Below, piece by piece: positions 56,948 to 64,000 of a stretch of 64,000 nt of DNA (position 1 is its first letter; each line of letters opens with the position of its first letter). This stretch comes from an uncultured Massilia sp. (GTDB lineage: Bacteria > Pseudomonadota > Gammaproteobacteria > Burkholderiales > Burkholderiaceae_D): NCBI GenBank assembly GCA_966212555.1, contig CBIHRX010000001.1, positions 3,928 to 67,927 on the forward strand. The letters are read 5' to 3'. Below the pieces are notes generated by a model. The model made no database searches. It had not been told where the DNA came from and saw only the letters and a list, made by a program, of their open reading frames with translations. The position numbers and the translations under genes are program-made.

Positions 56948-58579
56948 ATGCAAGCGGTTTCCCCAAAACCCTCGTTCCGGTTCCTTTGCCTGGCTTATCT
57001 GTGCGCCGTCCTCGTCGGCGCGCTGGCCGTATTCGTGGCGAAGTCGTACCAGTCCGGATTTTCCGGGGCGGACGAACCGTCGCACTTCCTCAACGGTTAT
57101 TTTGTCGCGGACTATATGGCTCACCATTTCGGCAGCAATCCGATGGGCGCGGCCACCGATTTCTACGTCCACTATCCGAAGATCTCGATCGGACACTGGC
57201 CCCCCGCCTATTACGGCATCCTCGGCCTCGTCTTCCTCGTGCTGCCGCCGACTCTGCCCGCGATCTTCGCCGTCAACGTCCTGTTCGCCGCACTGCCGGC
57301 GATCGGCGTTGCCGCGGCGCTGTCCATGCTGGCCGACCGCCGTGCCGCCCTGGCCGGCGCGCTCGTCTATGCGGTGACGCCGCTGGTGCTCGAAGGCCAC
57401 GTCATGTTCATGGCCGACCAGCCGCTGACCGCCTGCCTCGTCGCCGCCACCGCCGTCTGGATCGCGTTCAGCGTGCGTCCCCGCTGGGGCAGCGCGCTGG
57501 TATTCGCGCTGCTCGCCGCGACCGCCGTGCTCATCAAGGGTAACGGCTGGCTCGTCGTGTTCCTCCCCGTGTTCCACATCCTGCTGACGGCCAACTGGAA
57601 ACTGCTGCTGTCGGTGCGGCTGTACGTCGCCGCCGCGCTGGCGGCCGCCATCGTCGTGCCGTGGTACATGCTGACGGCGAAGATCGCCGCCGACGGTTTT
57701 AATTATCAGGCCGGCCTGCCGTATGCGACGAAGGCGCTGCTGTACAACCTGCAGGCCCTGGGCCGCAACGTGACGCCCGTCGGCGGCCTGCTGGCCCTGT
57801 ACGCCATCGTGGCCGAGTTCCGCGCACGCCGCGCCGATCCGGCCCGCTGGACGATCGTCAGCGCCGTGATCAGCCTGCTGCTCGCGACGTTGCTGCTGCA
57901 GTCGCTGGTGCCGGTCGACATCGTCGAACGCTACATGGCGCCCGCGCTGCCGGCCGTGGTCGTGCTGGCCGTTCTCGGCGCCGTGCGCCTGCTCGCACAC
58001 CTTCGCGCCGGCATGGCCGCACCCGCGTTCGCCGTGCTGGCCGTCGCGATGGCCGTGCCGGGCATCGTGCACCTGGTCCAGCGCGCGCCCAAGGCCGATA
58101 CCGGGATCGCCGCCGTCACGGACCGCCTGGCCGCCGCGAAGCCCGTGCTGACCGTCATCGACGGCAGCGCGTCCACCGAAGGCTGGTTCATCGCCGACAT
58201 GGCCGTGCACGACAGCGCGCTGCGCGGCTACGTCGTGCGCGCGTCGAAGCTGCTGGCCGACTCGAATTTCATGGGCACCACCTATTCCCTCAAGTACCGC
58301 GACACGGCGGACGTGCTGGCCGAACTGCACCGGCTGGGCGTGCAGCACGTCGTCATCGTGCGCGAGGGCGGCAAGGACGCATTCCCGCACAGCGCCCAGA
58401 TGCGCGCGGCGCTGGCGCGGGCCGATTCCGGCTTCCGTCTCGGCCAGAGCCTGCCGCACCAATACCGGTCGGGCGTCACCGAAGTCTACGACGCCGTCGC
58501 CCCGGCCCGGCCCGACATCGCGGCCGTCCGCAACATGGGCCTTCCGGCCAAGGCGACGGCGCTCACCAAATTGCAGTAA
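56948..58579 (+). CDS. GT-C integral membrane glycosyltransferase (ArnT/PMT-like)
   Basis: DE motif after TM1 (GADEPSH), HWPP, many transmembrane helices, soluble C-terminal domain. Confidence 0.75.
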   Translation: MQAVSPKPSFRFLCLAYLCAVLVGALAVFVAKSYQSGFSGADEPSHFLNGYFVADYMAHHFGSNPMGAATDFYVHYPKISIGHWPPAYYGILGLVFLVLPPTLPAIFAVNVLFAALPAIGVAAALSMLADRRAALAGALVYAVTPLVLEGHVMFMADQPLTACLVAATAVWIAFSVRPRWGSALVFALLAATAVLIKGNGWLVVFLPVFHILLTANWKLLLSVRLYVAAALAAAIVVPWYMLTAKIAADGFNYQAGLPYATKALLYNLQALGRNVTPVGGLLALYAIVAEFRARRADPARWTIVSAVISLLLATLLLQSLVPVDIVERYMAPALPAVVVLAVLGAVRLLAHLRAGMAAPAFAVLAVAMAVPGIVHLVQRAPKADTGIAAVTDRLAAAKPVLTVIDGSASTEGWFIADMAVHDSALRGYVVRASKLLADSNFMGTTYSLKYRDTADVLAELHRLGVQHVVIVREGGKDAFPHSAQMRAALARADSGFRLGQSLPHQYRSGVTEVYDAVAPARPDIAAVRNMGLPAKATALTKLQ

Positions 58580-58626
58580 TCACCGTTCATCCGTCACAGT
58601 AACAGCACCCGCAGCGAGGACGCAGC

Positions 58627-59625
58627 ATGCCTTCCACACTGAAAACCAACGTATTGCCGATCGAAGCGGCCCGTGCCGCCTATGCCGGCCTCGACATCGC
58701 GGTGATCCTGCCGTGCTATAACGAAGAGGCCGCCATCGGCGCCGTCGTCGAAGGCTTCCGGCGCGAACTTCCGCAAGCGCGGATCTACGTCTACGACAAC
58801 AACTCGAAGGACCGCACGTCCGAGGTGGCCGCCGCCGCCGGCGCCATCGTGCGCGCCGAAACCCTGCAGGGCAAGGGCAACGTCGTGCGCCGCATGTTCG
58901 CCGACATCGACGCCGACATCTACCTGATGTGCGACGGCGACATCACCTATGACGCCGCGAGCGCGCCGGCGCTGATCGCCAAGCTCGTCGAGGAAAACCT
59001 GGACATGGTCGTCGGCTGCCGCGTCGATTCCGAGGAAGCCGCCTACCGCGCGGGACACCGCTTCGGCAATGCCCTGTTCACGGGCTTCGTCGCGCACCTG
59101 TTCGGGAACCGCTTCACCGACATCCTGTCGGGCTACCGCGTGTTCTCGCGGCGCTACGTGAAATCGTTCCCGGCCCTGTCGAACGGCTTCGAGACCGAGA
59201 CCGAACTGACCGTGCATGCGCTGCAGCTGCGCATGCCGATCGGCGAACTGGACACGCCGTACGGCGCGCGCCTGGAAGGATCCACCAGCAAGCTGTCCAC
59301 GTACCGCGACGGTTTCCGCATCCTCTTGATGATCACGAAGCTGTTCAAGAACGAGCGGCCGCTGCTGTTCTTCTCGATCCTGTTCGGCCTGATGGCCCTG
59401 GTGTCGATCGGCCTGTCGATCCCCGTGATCGTCACCTTCCTCGAGACGGGCCTGGTGCCGCGCCTGCCGACCGCCGTGCTGGCCGCCAGCATGATGCTGC
59501 TGGCCTTCCTGGCGCTCACCTGCGGCCTCGTGCTCGACACCGTCACCCATGGCCGGCGCGAGATGAAGCGCCTGGCCTACCTGACCGTGCCGTCGGTCGG
59601 CGCCACGCGCGAGAAAAAGGCTTGA
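58627..59625 (+). CDS. GT2 polyprenol-phosphate glycosyltransferase (GtrB/ArnC-like)
   Basis: Motifs LPCYNEE, YDNNSKD, GKG, DGD and DILSGYR; two C-terminal transmembrane helices. Confidence 0.88.
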   Translation: MPSTLKTNVLPIEAARAAYAGLDIAVILPCYNEEAAIGAVVEGFRRELPQARIYVYDNNSKDRTSEVAAAAGAIVRAETLQGKGNVVRRMFADIDADIYLMCDGDITYDAASAPALIAKLVEENLDMVVGCRVDSEEAAYRAGHRFGNALFTGFVAHLFGNRFTDILSGYRVFSRRYVKSFPALSNGFETETELTVHALQLRMPIGELDTPYGARLEGSTSKLSTYRDGFRILLMITKLFKNERPLLFFSILFGLMALVSIGLSIPVIVTFLETGLVPRLPTAVLAASMMLLAFLALTCGLVLDTVTHGRREMKRLAYLTVPSVGATREKKA

Positions 59626-60017
59626 AGCAGTTCTTCCGTTTCTGCCTCGTCGGTGCGCTGGGCTTCGTCACCGACTTCGGGGTCCTGTACGCCGTCGTCA
59701 AGGGACTCGGCCTCGGTCCCACGAGCGGACGCATCGTGTCGTTCCTCGTGGCCGCCACGGTCACGTGGAAGGTCAACCGCCATTTCACGTTCGTGAAGGA
59801 GGATGCCGGCTCCGTGCGCGAGTGGCTGCAGTATCTCGCGTTCACCGGCGTGGGCGGCTTCATCAACGTGGCCGTCTACCAGGCCTGGCTCTGGTTCACC
59901 GACCACAGCACGCTGAACCTGTTCCTCGGCGTCGTGGCCGGGTCGGCGGTGGCGCTGATGTTCAATTTCGTGATCTCCAAGCGCGCGGTGTTTGCCGAGC
60001 GGCGCGTGCCGCAATAA
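59622..60017 (+). CDS. GtrA-family flippase
   Basis: QFFRFCLVGALG, WKVNRHFTF and FNFVISKRAVF; TTG start overlapping the GT2 stop. Confidence 0.85.
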   Translation: MKQFFRFCLVGALGFVTDFGVLYAVVKGLGLGPTSGRIVSFLVAATVTWKVNRHFTFVKEDAGSVREWLQYLAFTGVGGFINVAVYQAWLWFTDHSTLNLFLGVVAGSAVALMFNFVISKRAVFAERRVPQ

Positions 60018-60047
60018 AAAAAGGCCGCTTGCAACGCGGCCTTTCTT
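60016..60047. terminator. Bidirectional terminator between convergent genes
   Basis: AAAGGCCGC-TTGCAAC-GCGGCCTTT with an A-run on the left. Confidence 0.75.
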
Positions 60048-60066
60048 CCTGGAGCGATCGAATCGC

Positions 60067-61695
60067 TTACTGCGTCACGCTCGAGTAGGAGCAGGACTTG
60101 ACCTGGCCGCGTGCCGGATCGCCGAACACGGTGTTGGTGCAGGCCACCGGACCGGTCACGACCTTCGAGGTGTAGATCGTGCTGGTGCCGTAGCGGACTT
60201 CACGCTTGCCGCTGAACGAGCAGGTGCCGCCTTCGGTTGCGCAGGCCGTGAACGTCGGCGTGCTGGTCTCCGGCGCGGCCGTCGTGGTCGTGCCGGCGTA
60301 GCTGCAGGTCTTGGCGACGCCGCGGATCGGATCGCCGAACACGGCGGTCGTGCACGGGGTCGAAGCCGTGATCATCTTCGACGTGTAGACACCGTTCGCG
60401 CCGAAGCGGACTTCACGGGTACCGCTGAACGAACAGGTCGAGCCTTCGTTGCCGCAAGCGGTCCAGGACGTCGTCGTCGTCGTCGGTGCCGTGAGCGATT
60501 CGTACGCGCCGATGTCGATCTGGCCGACCACCGGACGCGCTTCGCCGGCGGCGACATGCTTGTATTGCGCGACAGCCTTCAGCGACACGCCCTTCGCGGA
60601 CACGCCCGGATCCGAACCGGCATCGATCACCAGCGCGCTGCCGGTCGGATGCAGGTCGTACGCGGCGCGGTTCGCGAAGCTCGGCGAGGCCGAACGGTAG
60701 TTCGTCTTGTCGACCGTCGATGCCTGCGTGCTGAAGGTGCCCACGCCGGCATAGATGTTGTTCTGCGCGACGGCCGGGGTCGGCACCTTGCCGCTGACGA
60801 ACATGAACGTACCGCCGCTGCCCATCTCGTTCAGGAACGTATTGTTGATGACGTACAGGTCGCTGCCGGCGTTGACGGCGCCTTCTTCACCGTAGGCCAG
60901 CATCGCCGAGTTCGAGTTCGATGCCGGCTGCTGGATGATGTTGCCGATGATGTAGGACGTACCGGCGTTCGGCAGGTCGATCTCGTACGACGGCTTGCCG
61001 GCGGCGGTGCTGCCCGTCTCGCCCGGGTTCAGGCTCGAGAAGCGGTTGTACGCGATCAGGTTGGTGTCCGCGCGCGACTTCAGGTTGTGGCCGACGTTGG
61101 CGTCGTGCGAGAAGTTGTAGCGGAAGGTCAGGCTCTTCACGTGGCCGATGTACAGGTTGTGCGACTGGCCGTCGCCTGCGCCGTTGTGGCCGAATTCGGT
61201 GTTCTCGATGACGACGTCGCTGTTCGCGTTGGCGTTCGCCAGGATGCCGTTCTGGTTGTCGTGGATGAACGAGTTACGCAGCGTGAAACCGGCCGCTTCG
61301 AGGCGGAATGCAGCGCCGTTCGCGTCGGGCACTTTAGCGCCGTACATTTCGACGTTGTCCACGGTCAGGTTGTTGCCGTCGACGACCCAGATGCCTTTGC
61401 CACCGGCGTTCTTGCCGGCCGCGTCGATCTTCGGACGGCCGTTGACGCCGCGGATCGTCAGGTTGTGGCGCATGATGTAGCAGACGTCGCCGCTATACGT
61501 CGTGTTGCCGGTGATTTCGATCACGTCGCCATCCTTGGCGGCGGCAATCGCGGCACACGGCTTGGCGTAGGTCTTGCCCGGGCCAACCGCCAGCGTCGCC
61601 GCGGATGCAGTGGTCACACCTACGAACGCCATCAGGACGGCAGCAGCCAGGTGCGATGCGGAGAATTGGATGTTGCTCGATGCGATTTGTTGCAT
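60067..61695 (-). CDS. Secreted right-handed beta-helix protein with two C-terminal 57-aa Cys modules (paralog 1)
   Basis: Signal peptide (TTASA-AT), Asn/Gly-rich beta-helix repeats (IHDNQNGIL, HNLYIG, HNLKSRA), modules at 60295-60465 and 60082-60252. Confidence 0.8.
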   Translation of the reverse strand: MQQIASSNIQFSASHLAAAVLMAFVGVTTASAATLAVGPGKTYAKPCAAIAAAKDGDVIEITGNTTYSGDVCYIMRHNLTIRGVNGRPKIDAAGKNAGGKGIWVVDGNNLTVDNVEMYGAKVPDANGAAFRLEAAGFTLRNSFIHDNQNGILANANANSDVVIENTEFGHNGAGDGQSHNLYIGHVKSLTFRYNFSHDANVGHNLKSRADTNLIAYNRFSSLNPGETGSTAAGKPSYEIDLPNAGTSYIIGNIIQQPASNSNSAMLAYGEEGAVNAGSDLYVINNTFLNEMGSGGTFMFVSGKVPTPAVAQNNIYAGVGTFSTQASTVDKTNYRSASPSFANRAAYDLHPTGSALVIDAGSDPGVSAKGVSLKAVAQYKHVAAGEARPVVGQIDIGAYESLTAPTTTTTSWTACGNEGSTCSFSGTREVRFGANGVYTSKMITASTPCTTAVFGDPIRGVAKTCSYAGTTTTAAPETSTPTFTACATEGGTCSFSGKREVRYGTSTIYTSKVVTGPVACTNTVFGDPARGQVKSCSYSSVTQ

Positions 61696-62250
61696 GTCGA
61701 TGTCCTCGTAAGCAGATTGCCTGTCAGCAGTTGTGCCTGCTGGAAAGTTGCAGAATACGAGGTTTGAGATCGACGGTTTGTAACGAAGTGTAACCGAAAA
61801 TAGCTGAACGGCAAGCCTGAAAAGAGGCTAATTATTGTTCCTTTTAGCCTTATTTAGTAGAGCAAAAGAACATTTTGTGATCGCTTTTTCTAGCATTCGA
61901 TGCAAGAAAAAGGAAGCTTGAAACGGCCTTTTTACGGTTTTTCCCTATGGAATGTAATTTCCAGTGGAAAATTTATCGACAGAGCCAAAGTGACAATATG
62001 CATATCTGACTGGCAAGTGCCGAGCCGGTGCTTGTTGTCGGGGTGACTACAAAAAAAATTTTTCGAAATCAAGCGGATGTTGCGTTCACGCCGCATTTTT
62101 TTCGAAAAAATTTTGCGTCGATGACCAGCACGTTCGTGGAATGTACAGAAAAAGTTCAGGTGTGGAAACTATTTTCTGGTAAAAAGTTGTATCCGGGGTA
62201 ATTCCGGACAATTAATGCGACTTTGGCGCCACAAACACGCGAACAGAGCC

Positions 62251-62280
62251 AAAAAAAACGCGGCACGAGGCCGCGTTTTT
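62251..62280. terminator. Intrinsic terminator of paralog 2
   Basis: AAAAACGCGGC-ACGAG-GCCGCGTTTTT; T8 tract on the minus strand. Confidence 0.8.
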
Positions 62281-62302
62281 CGTGTGGGGGAAACCCCGGG
62301 GA

Positions 62303-64000
62303 TTATTTGTAGCTGCAGGACTTGGCGATCCGGTAGGCTGGGTCGCCAAAGACGGCATTCGTGCAGGCAACCGGACCGGTCACGGTCTTGGTCACATAGA
62401 AGCCGTTGGCGCCGTAGCGCACCTGGTGCGTACCCGTGATCGAGCAGGTACCGCCTTCGGCTGCGCACACCGTCCAGCCGGTATCGGTGGCGGTCGGCGC
62501 GGTCGGGGTCGGCGTCGTGGTCGTGGTCGTGGTCGAGGTGCCCGAGGTCGCGATCGTGTTGCTGGAGTAGCTGCAGGTCTTCAGCTGGCCTTTTGCCGGG
62601 TCGCCGAACGCGGAATTCGAGCAGTAGACGGAACCGGTAAAGGTCTTGGTCGAGAACGACGTACCTGCGCCGTAGCGGACTTCACGGGTGCCGCTGAACA
62701 CGCAGGTGCCGCCTTCGCCGGCGCACGGGATCCACGACGGGCCGGTCGCCGCGGCCGACGTCAGGGTCGAGAGTGCGCTGGAATAGCTGCAGGTCTTGGC
62801 GACGCCGCGGATCGGATCGCCGAACACGGCGCTCGTGCACGGGGTCGAGCCGGTGATCACTTTCGACGTATAGATGCCGTTGGCGCCGTAGCGGACTTCA
62901 CGGGTGCCGCTGAACGAGCAGGTCGAACCTTCGTTGCCGCAGGCGGTCCAGGTCACGGCGGCGGTGTTCGCGGCGTCGCCCGTCACTTCATAGGCGCCGA
63001 TGTCCAGCTGGCCGGCCACCGGACGCGCTTCGCCGGACGCATTGGCTTTATATTGTGCGACCGGGGTCAGCGACACGCCCTTGGCCGACTTGCCCGGATC
63101 CGTACCGGCATTGATCACGAGCGCGCTCGCGGTCGGATGCAGGTCCCACTTGGCACGATCGACGAAGCCCGGGGCCACCGAACGGTAGTTGTTCTTCACG
63201 ATGGAGCTCGCTTGCGAGCTGAGGGTACCGATGCCGCCGAAGATATTGTTCTGGATCACGGCCGGGGTCGGGACCTTGCCGCTGACGAACAGGAAGGTGC
63301 CGTCGCCGTACTCGTTCAGGATCGTGTTGTTGATGACGTACAGGTCGCTGCCGGCGTTGACCGCGCCTTCCTCGCCGTAGGCCACGATGGCCGGGTTCTG
63401 GTTGGCGGCCGGCTGGACGATGACGTTGCCGATGAGGTAAGACGTACCGGCGTTCGGCAGGTCGATCTCGTACGACGGCTGGCCGGAGGCGGTGCTGCCC
63501 GTTTCGCCCGGCGGCGTGCTCGAGAAGCGGCTGTACGCGATCATGTTGGTGTCCGCGCGCGATTTCAGGTTGTGGCCGACGTTCGCATCGTGCGAATAGC
63601 TGTAGCGGAACGTCAGGCTCTTCACGTGGCCGATGTACAGGTTGTGCGTCTGGCCGTCGCCGCGGCCGTTGTGGCCGAATTCGGTGTATTCGATGAGGAT
63701 GTCGCTGTTCAGGTTGGCATTGGCCAGGATGCCGTTCTCGTTGTCGTGGATGAACGAATTACGCAGCGTAAAACCCGCGCCCTGCAGGCGGAAGGCGGCG
63801 CCGTTGCCGTCCATGACCTTTGCGCCGTACATTTCGACGTTGTCGACGGTCAGGTTGTTGCCGTTGACGACCCAGATACCCTTGTCGGCGGCGTTCTTGC
63901 CTGCGGCGTCGATCTTCGGACGCCCGTTCACGCCGCGGATGGTCAGGTTATGGCGGTTGATGCTGCAGGCGTCACCGCTGTACGTCGTGTTGCCGGTGAT
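62303..64000 (-). CDS. Secreted beta-helix protein with three C-terminal 57-aa Cys modules (paralog 2; 5' end beyond the window)
   Basis: Frame is open to base 64000 (ITGNTTYSGDACSINRHNL...). Highly similar to paralog 1. Modules at 62780-62950, 62564-62734 and 62306-62476. Confidence 0.8.
   Translation of the reverse strand: MTGNTTYSGDACSINRHNLTIRGVNGRPKIDAAGKNAADKGIWVVNGNNLTVDNVEMYGAKVMDGNGAAFRLQGAGFTLRNSFIHDNENGILANANLNSDILIEYTEFGHNGRGDGQTHNLYIGHVKSLTFRYSYSHDANVGHNLKSRADTNMIAYSRFSSTPPGETGSTASGQPSYEIDLPNAGTSYLIGNVIVQPAANQNPAIVAYGEEGAVNAGSDLYVINNTILNEYGDGTFLFVSGKVPTPAVIQNNIFGGIGTLSSQASSIVKNNYRSVAPGFVDRAKWDLHPTASALVINAGTDPGKSAKGVSLTPVAQYKANASGEARPVAGQLDIGAYEVTGDAANTAAVTWTACGNEGSTCSFSGTREVRYGANGIYTSKVITGSTPCTSAVFGDPIRGVAKTCSYSSALSTLTSAAATGPSWIPCAGEGGTCVFSGTREVRYGAGTSFSTKTFTGSVYCSNSAFGDPAKGQLKTCSYSSNTIATSGTSTTTTTTTPTPTAPTATDTGWTVCAAEGGTCSITGTHQVRYGANGFYVTKTVTGPVACTNAVFGDPAYRIAKSCSYK

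Noticed and set aside
62060-62160. GACGCAAA on the minus strand as a c-di-GMP-I riboswitch core
   Set aside because: The upstream GGCAAAC/GNRA stem and the downstream P2 and receptor elements are absent; the context is an A/T-tract hairpin.

Overview
GC-rich betaproteobacterial chromosomal segment. The gene repertoire and AT-richer intergenic spacers suggest Oxalobacteraceae (Massilia/Telluria-like); this is an inference and was not checked against a database. I support about 55 CDS. Housekeeping blocks: ettA, rarD, kup, gshA, hemA-prfA-dsbB-prmC, minCDE, phaAB, pip, fadH, a FabH-like synthase and an S41 protease. Accessory and envelope modules: (1) a tightly coupled DUF3570-apbE-dsbD-trxB redox operon, cut by the left edge, whose beta-barrel carries two SGAS flavinylation motifs; (2) a MacAB-like ABC exporter with a divergent sigma-54 two-component system, where the -24/-12 promoter and two TGT-N10-ACA enhancers can be read directly; (3) a HAF-repeat PEP-CTERM gene with no stop codon after its sorting signal; (4) an HDAC-family gene lacking the catalytic Tyr, next to an ElaA GNAT; (5) a UDP-glucuronate-derived nucleotide-sugar operon; (6) a TonB receptor followed by two tandem M13 peptidases; (7) a GT-C/GT2/GtrA lipid-linked glycosylation triad; (8) two tandem secreted beta-helix paralogs carrying five copies of an exactly 57-aa, 4-Cys module, the second cut by the right edge. 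Non-coding signals include two near-identical 57-bp palindromic REP/MITE-like elements right after stop codons, a candidate ~68-nt CU-rich sRNA with its own promoter and terminator, and several operator-like palindromes. I saw no rRNA, tRNA, CRISPR array, transposase, integrase or phage gene. Product calls rest on motif recognition by eye, with no searches run.
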